64,000 nucleotides of DNA from Malacoraja senta. Lineage: Eukaryota. The stretch lies in assembly GCA_038087875.1 (NCBI GenBank), contig CM075989.1, forward strand, positions 15,872,001 through 15,936,000, read 5' to 3'. Below, piece after piece: positions 27,226 to 37,811 of this stretch (position 1 is the stretch's first letter; each line of letters begins with the position of its first letter). A program made the position numbers and the translations under genes. The notes beneath the pieces are model-generated. The model was not told where the DNA came from. It did no database searches and was given only the letters and a program-made list of their open reading frames with translations.

Positions 27226-27538
27226 CAGTGGCGGACTGGCCAGGGTGTCAGCTTGCCCGATGACAAGTGGGCCCCTGATGAAGTGGGCCCCCTATACAAA
27301 GTGGGCCCCCTGATGAAGTGGGCCCAGGCTGGGAAGCCCCCTGATGAAGTGGGCCCCCTATATCAAGTGGGCCCCTAATGAAGTGGGCCCCTATACAAAG
27401 TGGGCCCCCTGATGAAGTGGGCCCCCTATATCAAGTGGGCCCCTGATGAAGTGGCCCCCCTATACAAAGTGGGCCCCTGATGAAGTGGGCCCCCTTTGTC
27501 TCCTGGCAACCAATATTTTTAGACCCAGTCCGCCACTG
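27226..27538. mobile_element. Non-autonomous hAT DNA transposon (MITE) with internal minisatellite
   Basis: 14-bp perfect TIRs CAGTGGCGGACTGG / CCAGTCCGCCACTG and perfect 8-bp TSD GACAGAAC (27218-27225 / 27539-27546); an 8-bp TSD is diagnostic of hAT. Confidence 0.92.
27265..27494 (+). repeat. Minisatellite, ~13 units of AAGTGGGCCCC(C) alternating with TGATG or TATAC/TATATC
   Basis: Directly visible tandem array with a ~34-bp dimeric period. Confidence 0.95.
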
Positions 27539-28216
27539 GACAGAACTATTTCGATATCTACACAATTATGTAGGATTGCTTCTGCCTGTGCAGGCGGATG
27601 TGTCCCTGTGTGGAGTGGAAACAAGGACGTTCAGGTGCTGCTCTTCCTATCCATACATGCATGTACACATACATGCACACACACATGACTATCCATCTGT
27701 CCTTGGCCAAACACAGGTCTGCCTCTCCATGCGCAGAATTCTGGCCGTGGACAATGAAACTTTAGACAATTCCGTACACGTTCACTGCTGTCTCCGTGTA
27801 CACGCGGAGTTGGAACCTCGCATCTTCGCAATCAGCCTCCAACAATTGGGAAATCGCATGTTTCGACGGTAAAGCGATTTCTGCGCTCGCTTTAAGTAAC
27901 AGCAGGCGGGCATTCTCCACATGGATTTACACCTCACACCTTGTCAAATCGCGGAGTGTAAATACTGTTGCGGGGCAAGGTTAACATCCGTGTCCAACAA
28001 TTTGAGCCCCGCGCCACGCTAAGCGTGTGTGGTGTGAATAACTGATCAAGGGCTGGGAAGTTTGCGAACACTTCTCCAGTGCCCGACCTCGCTGGGGATG
28101 CAGCCTCCGACTGCAACCTTGCAACCTACATACACTTTGTGCGGGTATTGCCTTATTATTGCTCTCACTCTGGGCTCAATAACTCAATCGACAAGATTCA
28201 GAAGGAATGGGTGAGT

Positions 28217-28244
28217 CTGAAGAAGGGTCTCGACCCGAAACGTC
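28217..28244 (+). ncRNA. Minimal hammerhead ribozyme core (intact consensus) in a Penelope-derived repeat
   Basis: CTGAAGA-A-[GGGT CTCG ACCC]-GAAAC-GTC; the duplicate copy starts at 57632. Confidence 0.6.
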
Positions 28245-28930
28245 GCCAATTCCATAGATGCTGCCTGTCCCGCTGAGTTACTCCAGCACAACCAGCATCT
28301 ACAGTTCCTTCCTACACGCCAAGATTCAAACCTCGTTATAATGTGCTGCAACGTTTATGCGCGGGTAGCAGCATCCCAGAAAGCAGTCACGGTAGTAAAT
28401 TGAGCACACAAGGAACGGTAGATGCTGGCATCTTGAGCAAATCACAGAGTGCTGGAGGAACACAGCGGGCCATGCAGCATGTGTGGAGCGAGTGGACGGG
28501 CCCGCTGAGTTTCTCCAGCACCTAGACAATAGACAATAGACAATAGGTGCAGGAGGAGGCCATTTGGCTCTTCGAGCCAGCACCGCCATTCAATGTGATC
28601 ATGGCTGATCATCCCCAATCACTACCCCGTTCCTGCCTTCTCCCCATATGACTCCGCTATTTTTAAGAGCCCTATCTCTTGAAAGTATCCAGAGAACCTG
28701 CCTCCACCGCCCTCTGAGCAGAGAATGCGGTCAATAACTTTTACGGTCGATAGAGCAGGTTTTTAGGGAACCCTCAAATGCAAAATTTGGTGCTTCCAGA
28801 ATGGAAGACGTCTTGGGATATTTACACCACCGGTCAAAGATTGGCAAAATCTTGAAAAGCAAGATTGCAAATATGTATCTATTTGCAACACGCGGTGCTG
28901 CAATGAAGCAGAGCCTGTATCAGGGCCGCC

Positions 28931-28954
28931 TCTCTCTCTCTCTCTCTCTCTCTC
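28931..28954 (+). repeat. (CT)n microsatellite, 6 bp shorter in the duplicate copy
   Basis: Directly visible. Confidence 0.9.
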
Positions 28955-29023
28955 TAGATCCGACACTCTCCCTGTTACTCCAGGCCCAGCCTCAGCGCAA
29001 ACCAATATACCCTGACGTAGTAC

Positions 29024-29293
29024 CAAGGAACCGCAGATGCTAGTTTACACAAAAGGACACAAAACGTTGGAGTAACTCAGTGGGACAGGCAACATCTCTG
29101 GAGAGAGGGAATGGGTGACGATTGGAGTATGAAGAAGGGTCTCGACCCAAAACGTCACCTATTCCTTTTCTCCAGAGATGCTGCGTGAATGACTCCAGCT
29201 TTTTGTGTCTATCTTCGGTGTAAACCAACATCTACAGGTCCTTCCGACACGTGGATAGGTGACGTTTCGGCTCGGGACCCTTCTTCAGACTGA
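29024..29293. mobile_element. Penelope-derived fold-back/compound insert
   Basis: Inverted arms plus an extra minus-strand hammerhead-core fragment at ~29258-29290; boundaries approximate. Confidence 0.65.
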
Positions 29294-30099
29294 TATGCCA
29301 ATGTACCGTGACTTCGATTCACCATTTAAGATCTCCACCCATGTTTTGTTCGTGCAAATATTTCAGGGCCCTTGAATTATTTTCAGTGGCCACCACCCCC
29401 GTCCCGTCAAAGAGTCGTGGAGAGTTGCAGACAGTTCCCTTCCACAAGTATACAAGTTAATCATTAAACGCACTCCCGACTTCACAAGCCACCGCCCCTT
29501 CCCGGAAAGAGAATGGCAAATCATCGGCACGTTACCATATGGCGAGAAAGCAAGGTTTCATTACCAATTAGATCTAAAAAAAAATCCCGGTCTCACATTA
29601 CAAACCTTGCCTCATTTCAGCTGTTTGTTTTTCTTTATAATAAGTCGGAAAGTGGATACTGCATTAAAGGGCCGGCTGGGGATGATTCTATCCCCAAACC
29701 ACAAAATAGCCATAAATCTCACTCACTCCCCGTAGAGACCCGATGGTGTGCACGAGAAAGGGCCCTGCAGACTGCACGGTGTACAGAGATTACTCTTGAC
29801 AGATCTGCGCCGATTGCCATTTAATCGCCTTGCAAAAAGGTGCGATTCACATTTTATTTCAAATAATAAATTCACATGGAGAGGTTAATGGATTTGGAAA
29901 TCCTTCACACCGTCGCCAATCCTGGACATGCCATTGATCAATAATTTCAAAGGTTTTATTGACAATCCAATGCCAGCAAAACAAACGAGCAACTAAAATG
30001 AGAAAGAAACGTTTTAGCTTCTTTGTGACTTTAAAGCTGCAAGGATAGTTAAAAAAAAACTAAACGCACATACCCGGAATGAGGATTCCTGGATCAAAC

Positions 30100-30350
30100 T
30101 GTGTAGGGAGGGACTGCAGATGCTGCTTTACACCGAAAATAGGCACAAAATGCTGGGTTAACTCAGCGGGACAGGCAGCATATCTGGTTGGAAGGAATGG
30201 GTGACCTTTCGGATCGAGACCGTTCTTCAGACCGAGTCTATCTGAAGAAGGGTCTCGACCTGAAACATCACCCATTCCTCCTTCTACCCAGAGATGCTGC
30301 CTGTCCTGCTGAGTTACTCCAGCATTTTTGCGTAAACCAGCATCTCCCTT
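30100..30350. mobile_element. Penelope-derived fold-back insert with hammerhead cores on both strands
   Basis: GGTGACCTTTCGGATCGAGACCGTTCTTCAGAC...TCTGAAGAAGGGTCTCGACCTGAAACATCACC; boundaries approximate. Confidence 0.7.
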
Positions 30351-31169
30351 CAACCAGAGGGACAGGATGTCTATGCTGGGTAAAACTGGCAGAGTAGAGG
30401 TGCGAATGGCAACAACACGGTGAAGGACGGGGCGAGAGGTCCCTGGGGCTGGAGCGCATGATCACAAACTGCGGAGAAGCTGCCGGCAACGCGACCGGTC
30501 TCCCGGGACAACCTGGTATCAATCGGCGCACACCACACAGTCAGGATCCCTCGCTATTGCCCAGCCCTGCTCTACACCTGGAACCTCTCTCCTCCCTCTC
30601 ACCTCACCGCACTTCGCCACAGAGTGTCCACTTTCAACATCTACCAACTTTCTTTAAAAAAAACAACCAAAACATCCCATTTTCCGCACGGCGACACTGT
30701 TGCGTCCAGCGGTCCCGTGATGAAGTGACTCCACGCTCCTGTTTGTCAGTTTAATTCCCCGCTGAAGGTGTACCTCAGGAGAGAGACCCACCTGCTGCTC
30801 CTAGTCAAAGCAATAAACAGGAGGCGAGAGCTGGTTCCGTGTGAAAGGTGAGAAGATGGGTGAGAGAGGGTGATGTGTGGGCAAGGAGTTATCTATCAGT
30901 GCCCTCCGGAATGGGTACTCGCCCCGCCGGCTGCCCACCGGCCAGGCTGGCTCTGGAAGATTGTTCCCCACTTGCCCCCTCACCTCCCCTCCCCTCCCCT
31001 CCCCGCCACCACCGGACCCTGGCTAATTCAGAACGACCTGACCCCAGCAGCGGAGCCCCGCTGTATCGTGTACCGGTAACATAACACAGAGCAGCGAGCG
31101 AAGGGAGATGCGAGGAGGCGAAGCGCCGCAAAACTCGTCACACCCCGCATAATACAAAACAGCACCCAC

Positions 31170-31286
31170 CTTGGTGTGTTTGATCTCCAGGTTTGAAGTG
31201 GGAGACGGCAGCAGATGGAGGGAGGCGATGAGAGCCGGCGGGTCCGCCTTTAGCTCGCTCGGGAACTCAATCTCGCTGGAAGTCAT
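31170..31286 (-). CDS. ALDH1A2: Retinaldehyde dehydrogenase 2 (RALDH2), coding exon 1
   Basis: ATG at 31286 encodes MTSSEIEFPSELKADPPALIASLHLLPSPTSNLEIKHTK (39 aa), closely matching the human ALDH1A2 N-terminus MTSSKIEMPGEVKADPAALMASLHLLPSPTPNLEIKYTK. Ends at phase-0 donor AAG|GTGGGT. The 117 coding nt match my recollection of mammalian exon 1. Confidence 0.96.
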
Positions 31287-31380
31287 GTCTGCCGTCAGTC
31301 CCAGCTCACACACGATGCCCGCTGCTTTTTCTACTTTTGCTGATCGGAGATTGTGGCTCGTCCCGGGCGCCTGGGCTTTG

Positions 31381-31421
31381 TTTATAAGCAGGTGTCAGTC
31401 TGTGTCTCTCTCTCTTATTGG
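31381..31421 (-). promoter_or_regulatory. ALDH1A2: ALDH1A2 core promoter: TATAAA (31381-31386) and CCAAT (31417-31421)
   Basis: Minus-strand TATAAA ~95 nt upstream of the ATG, CCAAT ~30 nt further upstream, and no ATG between TATA and the start codon. A TATA+CCAAT architecture is reported for the mammalian Raldh2 promoter. Confidence 0.8.
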
Positions 31422-33650
31422 GCATGAGCTGGGAAAGGGGGCTGGGCCGATGAATGATATGCTCAAAAAATAAGATTCAACAGTCGGGCTCTTGCCATTT
31501 GAATGCGGGGCTAACTCTCTCGCCTGGACCATTAGCGACACCTCGAATTATGATCCTGTCACGAGGAGCACTTTATCTCTGCGTCTTGTGTCACTGCCCG
31601 GTCGCAATAAGCGAGGACATGAGAGTGCACAGTTCATCTCACCTGGAACCGCCCTGAAACGCGGAGATCAGGCGTTCATACCTGTACGGGGGGCTGGGTA
31701 AAGAGTTGGGAACAAATCGCTGACTTCATTCTATAATACAGTGTAACCACTCAGGCAATAACCCCTTACTTACACTCCAAACACATCGGCGAGTGCCACC
31801 ATCTAGAAACCGAAAACAAGTGGCAGATATTGAAGGTATTGCCACATATATCCTGGTTTCAATTGAAGATGAATCCCTGTTCATCTATCCGTTAGAGCGA
31901 CGCAGCGATTTTCTAGCCGGCTACTTTTCACTTTTATTTTGGTCTCTTAATACAGAAGCAGATTCCAAGTAACTCTGACAATCTGTCTGTTCTAGTCAGC
32001 GTTTACTTTCTACAGGGAAAGGCAGCGGGTTTTGCTGTTAATTCCACTTCGCTATTTACAATTCGTTTCTGGACATAACGTTGCAGACAGATCGATAAGA
32101 AATACCCTCCTCTGCGTTATGCTTTTTCCCCCTGGTTAATATATTATTGTTGGAAAGCGGTTCTGTTTAGACAAGAGGTTTTGATAGAACGACATACACC
32201 AGCGTTATATTCCGTTCAGCGAGACGAGAGGACATTTGGTGGGACCCATTAGTTGGGTGAATATGTTTGGAGCGGATCCCTCTTCTCGCAGTGAAACTGT
32301 CACATAATCTAAACTGAAACCTCTCCCAGACAGGAGAACCGACGGCGATTCCGGGCTGCGGACCGATCGCACACTTTTCCCACAGCCTCGAGACATATCC
32401 GCCACTTTTACACAGCTGGGATTTCTCCTTGCCAATAAAAATCCAAGCTTTATGTATACAAAACAGCTTTTGCGGAACGAAGCAGGCGGACTGGTCCAAA
32501 AGAAACGCGCTTTTCACAAAGGCAGCAAGAAAGTGCGGTGAATGTTTTGGACTGTCCAGTCTAACACTTCAAGTCCGCCTCTTGCCCGCTGCCTTACAGC
32601 TGGCGGGAACTCCCTCGGCCGTTCAATCCGGTATCAGCTTATCCTCTCTTGTTCATTTCATTCATACATTCACATATACAGTACACTCGGGCACGCCGCC
32701 GGACATGAACTATCCCCACCGTTATCTGACTTCCCGCCAGGTCATTACATTACCCGCGTTCGCTTCCCTTGGGTATGAGAAGGTGCGATTTGGGTAAGAT
32801 TAAAGTGTGCCTGGTCTAGTGAATCGGGTCGGCGTTTAATCTTAAAGTGACTCGGACAAACACACAATAAGGGCAAGACCCCCTTTCGTCACTTTGCTGC
32901 TTGGGGGGTAATCAACTTAAGGTAGGAAACGAACGCGTTGGACGTGCGGGCCATTTATTTTAAGCGACAAGTGGAACCTTGGCTGCATCTCTGGAGAGAA
33001 GGGATGGGTGACGTTTCGGGTTGAGTCCCTTCTCCAGACTGTGTCAGGGGAAAGGGAAACGAGAGGTATAGACGGTGGTGTGGACAGATATATCCGTCTG
33101 AGAAACCCAATTAAGGCGTGATAATAATGATTCTGATACGTGTAATAGTTCCGATGTACAGTGACGGGGCTATTACTATAAACCTATTGCAGTGATCCAG
33201 GAAGGCACGGACCTGCTTGCCATTTTCAACAAGAAACTGAGTAAGTCCCAGTCTAATGCGTATTACTGATGACCAAAGTCTCAAGACGTTAACATTCGGG
33301 CTTCGAGGAAATGACACATCTTTAAACTTTGCGGCGGATCAATAGATCATTTTACAATTGAAATGACAGCCTCGACCCCCCCCATTGGACACCATTCAAG
33401 AAATTAGCCTAAATCAACCCGTGTTATCTCTCAATGTCTGAATGGGTACCCTTTCTTTAAAAAAAACTGTTTTCCTACACCAGAGGTTTACATCAAAGTC
33501 CTTAATTCCCGAAGAGACTGACAGTGATTAATGTAATCAAAACATCTAGCCCTCGAGTCATTACTTTAAACACAGACAAACAAGAACTCACATGCAGTTA
33601 ACAAAAGCAAAGCGTTGCCTGCTCCGCCGGCTCACGTTGGGACCCGAGGC

Positions 33651-33669
33651 AGTGCTCCCTCTGCTGGCG
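33651..33669 (-). promoter_or_regulatory. Candidate CTCF site ~2.3 kb upstream of the promoter
   Basis: Minus strand GCCAGCAGAGGGAGCACT, close to the CTCF core CCASYAGRKGGCRS; motif only. Confidence 0.5.
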
Positions 33670-33792
33670 GCTCCTGGCTCCGTGTTCAACCGACCCGCTA
33701 CACAGCCAGCTCCAATGCAACGCGAAATCAGGCGGGAGCGTCAACAATAGTTGCTAACCCGACCTCCGTATAACAGGGAGGCTATTGTTCAG

Positions 33793-34153
33793 GTGTAGGA
33801 AGGAACTGCAGATGCTGGTTTAAACCGAAGATAGACACAAAAAGCTGGAGCAACTCAGCGGGTCAGGCAGCATCTAAAGAGAAAAGGAACAGGTGACAGC
33901 ATCTCTGGCGAAAGGTCTGATGAAGGGTCTCGACCCGAAGCGTCACCTATTCCTTCTCTCCACAAATACTGCCTGACCCGCTGAGTTAGTCCTGCATTTT
34001 GTGTTTATCTTCAATGTAAACCAGCATCTGCAGTTCCTTCCTACTCAATTTCAAGACTTAAGTCAAGAGGGTTTCGGCCCGAAACGTTGCCTATTTCCTT
34101 CGCTCCATAGATGCTGCTGCACCCGCTGAGTTTCTCCAGCATTTTTGTGTACC
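33793..34153. mobile_element. Cluster of Penelope-derived inserts
   Basis: Fold-back copy at 33793-34044 and a truncated copy at ~34066-34153. Confidence 0.65.
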
Positions 34154-34163
34154 TAGGAACAGG

Positions 34164-34545
34164 TAATAATAATAATAATAATAATAATATATTTTATTGT
34201 CATTGCACGTCAGTGCAACGAGATTTAGTATGCAGCTCCACCGATGTACAAGAAAAGTAAAATAAATAAATAAGCAAGCTGAGTGACGTGACCATCCGAG
34301 GGAGACTGTCCAGTGGGGTGGGTGGGGGGGTCACTCAGCAGGGCCAGTTCAGAGCCGCTATAGCTCTTGGAATGAAGCTGTTTCTGAGTCTGGAGGTTCG
34401 GGCGTAGAAGGCCTTGTAACGTCTGCCGGAGGGAAGTAGTTCAAAGTCCGTTACAAGGGTGTGATGAGTCCTTATGGATGCTGACGGCCTTCCTGAGGCA
34501 CCGTGTGTGGTAGATGCCCTCCAAGGCTGGTAGCTCTGTCCCAAG
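34164..34545 (-). mobile_element. Rex1/Babar-like LINE 3' end (duplicate at ~63590-63971)
   Basis: FELLPSGRRYKAFYARTSRLRNSFIPRAIAALN C-terminal motif, then a 3' UTR with AATAAA and an (ATT)n tail. Confidence 0.7.
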
Positions 34546-35017
34546 GTGACATTTCGGGTCAAGACCCTTCTTCAGACTGAGAGTCAAGAGAAAGAGAAAC
34601 GAGAGACATAGACGGCGATGCAGAGAGATATCGAACAAATGAATGAAAGATGTGCAAAATGTAACGATGATAAAGGCAACAGGCCGTTGTTAGCTGTGGC
34701 CCAGGTGAGAACACGTTACAATGAGACTCAACAAGACGGCTTTGAAGCGTGACAAGTGATATTATTTATTGAACGCTAGCAACTCCAACGAAACTCAGAT
34801 CTACCTTGACTGCACCAGGAAGTTTGGGATTTGCTTTTTTTTTTACACAATATTGTTTTTTTTTAATATATTCAACCTTTTTTTCTGTTGGTTTTATTAT
34901 ATTATATATTGGGTATTGTGTCTACAAACCTGTTGTGCTGCTGTAAGTAATAATTTAATTGTTTCTTTTCGGTATATACAACAATAAAACACTCTTGACT
35001 TAAGTCTTGAAATTGAG

Positions 35018-35199
35018 TAGGAAGGAACTGCAGATGCTGGTTTACACTGAAGATAAACACAAAAAGCTGGAGTAACTCAGCGGGTCAGGCAGCATTTCTG
35101 GAGAGAAGGAATCGGTGACGCTTCGGGTCGAGATCCTTCATCAGACCTTTCGCCAGAGATGCTGTCTGACCCGCTGAGTTACTCCAGCTTTTGTGTCTA
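35018..35199. mobile_element. Penelope-derived fold-back insert
   Basis: Same family; flanking direct repeat TCTTGAAATTGAG (35005-35017 / 35200-35212). Confidence 0.7.
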
Positions 35200-35514
35200 T
35201 CTTGAAATTGAGACCTTTCAACCGTTTGTCCGCTGAATATCATAATATTTTTTCACAATATTCTTATTTGAAGATTTACTTTATACGCATTTATCAGTTG
35301 GCGAGTGTACCAAAAGTGTACAGTCATTTCTGCAATTACTGTTACTTTATTCCGAGTAAGGATGACTGCACCACTGACTCAGTTCGAACAGTCAGTCCCA
35401 TTGTGTATCGCCGCAGGACCTTCCACAGTTGGGGTCTTGAACCTTGTACCTTCCGAAGAGTCCACCAGGGACTATACTGAATGTTGGACAATTTTATACT
35501 GGACATTTTTTACA

Positions 35515-35672
35515 TTTACCAAGCCATTTAATCAAGCCAATTAACCTATAAACTCGCGCGTCTTTGGAATGTGGGAGGAAACCGAAAATCTCGGAGAAAA
35601 CCTACGCAGGTCACGGGAGAATGTACAAACTCCGTACAGACAGCGCCCGGTAGTCTGGATCAACTGCGCCCC
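35515..35672 (-). mobile_element. V-SINE fragment
   Basis: GTGGGAGGAAACCG...GGAGAAAACC...GTACAAACTCC, the reverse complement of the V-domain. Confidence 0.65.
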
Positions 35673-35867
35673 CGTGACTGCCCTCTGTGTCCACAACGGT
35701 TGACAACGGTCTGACTACAGTTATGTGGACACACGCTGACAGAATAACCCGGGGTCAGCTCGATCTCTTTCACACTTCAGATGCCAGAGCGTCGTTCTCG
35801 GTCTGAAGATCAGCGCCGTGGATGGTCGACAACTCAAATTTGTAACTGTATAATTTAGACTATGGCG

Positions 35868-36054
35868 TGTAGGAAAGAACTGCAGATGCTGGTTTACATC
35901 GAAGATATACACAAAATGCTGGAGTAACTCAGCGGGACAGGCAGCATCTCTGGCATCAGTCTGAAGAAGGGTCTCGACTCGAAATGTCACCCATTCCTTC
36001 TCTCCGGAGATGCTGCCTGTCCCGCTGTGTTACTCCAGCATTTTGTGTCCATCT
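35868..36054. mobile_element. Penelope-derived fold-back insert
   Basis: Inverted arms ACACAAAATGCTGGAGTAAC / GTTACTCCAGCATTTTGTGT around a hammerhead core at ~35961-35990. Confidence 0.7.
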
Positions 36055-36874
36055 TTAATCTTAGCTATCTGTGTGTTGGAGATCCGACTTCAGAGAGAGC
36101 GCAGTCCAATTTCGACACACGAGGAATAGCTGGCGATTGTGTATTTGTAAACAACAACTGAACAGGTATCGGAGGAAAAAACCCAACATGTGTTGAAATC
36201 AAGATGCCCCGAAAGTTAATTCCATAACTGGAATTAAGTCTGTAACATCAATCGTTCTCGTTTAGAAAATAAAACCTCATATATATTGTCAAGGCAATCC
36301 TTGATCCCTGGAGGACATCAAATTATTTCCTCAAAATCGTACATACTTACAGCAGGCAGGAAGGTGTGGTTGGAAAATTCGTGTTTGGCAGGTTGGCTGC
36401 AAGTGCATATGGACCTGTGAGTGGAAGATGCAGTGGGTCAGGAGCCTGGGCTTTCCAGTCCCCTCCGCCCACCGTGGACTGGGAGCATTTACTGGAGATG
36501 AGCTTAACATGGAGGCTTGGGTTCAATGGGAAATAATTACACTGAAGAGTCAGTGGATGATGCTCCAATCTGATTCAGCCACTTCAACTGGTTTGCCTCT
36601 TTATCTTTGCTCTTAATATCAATGGCCCGGGTCTTCCACAGAGCAGCCTGCCATTCATTTGCACGCATCACCTCTCACTAAACCCGTACTTAGCTGATGG
36701 TGACCTTCATCTGATGGAGACCTCTTAGATCTTTCCTACAAAAGCAACACAGTGGTCAGCTTCCCTGTTTCCTGTCAGGTGTGGGAATACTGTGCAGCTC
36801 TTCTCCCAGGTCTAGACCTTGAGATGTATAAACCAAAATCTCCAAGTCTATGAAGTTGGAGATTTGCCATAGTT

Positions 36875-37048
36875 TGACTGCCCAAAATGCAACAACTCGC
36901 ACTTATCTGCATTAAAATCCATCAACCATTCCTCAGCTCACTTGCCCAGCTGATCACGATCTTGCTGTAATTTCTGATAATGATAACCATTTTCGCTTTC
37001 TACGATACCACCCACTTCAGTGTCATCCGCAAACGTACTAATCATGCA
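36875..37048 (-). mobile_element. Decayed CR1 reverse-transcriptase fragment
   Basis: Minus strand reads ..ISTFADDTEVGG.. and ..EEWLMDFNADKCELLHFG.., CR1 RT catalytic and downstream motifs, interrupted by a stop/indel. Confidence 0.75.
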
Positions 37049-37626
37049 TCGTACATTTTCACCTAAATGTTCCCATTTTCACCCTTATTATTCCCTCTTT
37101 ATTGTCCTCGTGACAAGACCCACAGTCCCTATAGTTGTTAACCCTTTTCAATTATATTTATGTTTGATGATCTATTTTCTTCTTTTAAAATTTCCTTTAA
37201 ATCAGATTTTATAACAAGGTCTTAGTTCCTCATCGTACTTTTCTACTACAGTTGCGAGAAATACTTTGGAATGGCGTATTATTTCTGCTGACTTAAAAGT
37301 GAGATTCAAATAGCGATAAAATAAATGGCATTTAGGATCAGCTGTGCAAAGTGTTATCCTGGAGTCCAAGATCATTATTGGTGCAATCAAGGCATTGGAT
37401 GTAACCAGAAGCTCATCTGGTTAACAAACTAAATTATGTTAGGCAGGAGACGCCAGTAAGCTCATTGGGTCAAGCAGCCTCTATTGGGGGGAAAGGCAAT
37501 GTATATGGTGGAATAGATATATACAGAAGACTAAATATCTCTAGCTGATCAAATTAGTGTTAATTATAACTATGAAGTTAGATTTTCAGATTTTTTTCAT
37601 CATGAGAACAACATTCAACGAATAAT

Positions 37627-37811
37627 AAAAGACACAAGCCGCTGGAAAAAGGCACATAGTTCCTTGTTTCTACAAAGTGCTGGAGTGGCTCGGCAGGTCA
37701 GGCAGAATCTCAGGACTCCATGTTTTCCTGAAATGCTGACTGTCCCTCTGAGCTACTCCAGCACTTTCTGTCCTTTTTTTTGTAAACCAGCATCTGCAGT
37801 TCCTTGTTTCC
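37627..37811. mobile_element. Degenerate Penelope-derived fold-back insert
   Basis: Same family; TSD ACATTCAAC(G/T)AATAAT (37611-37626 / 37812-37827). Confidence 0.65.

Larger units (their letters stand above)
1841..31169 (-). other. ALDH1A2: ALDH1A2 intron 1 (~29.3 kb)
   Basis: Bounded by GT donor after exon 1 and AG acceptor before exon 2. A large first intron is typical of this gene. Confidence 0.9.
30380..32960. promoter_or_regulatory. CpG island spanning exon 1/promoter (boundaries approximate; duplicated at ~59800-62390)
   Basis: Visibly high CG-dinucleotide density compared with the CpG-poor, AT-rich 9-26 kb region. Confidence 0.7.
13562..34574 (+). repeat. First copy of the duplicated block
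   Basis: Matches 42977-64000. Confidence 0.98.

Noticed and set aside
27265-27494. CRISPR-like array or hammerhead array (contains CTGATGA)
   Set aside because: Spacers are 5-6 bp and recurrent, no cas genes are present, and the context is eukaryotic. No GAAA partner or helix II follows CTGATGA. It is a minisatellite inside a hAT MITE.
31023-31313. 96-aa ORF starting at GTG (MCELGLTAD...)
   Set aside because: Non-ATG start plus read-through into the intron; homology is limited to 31170-31286.
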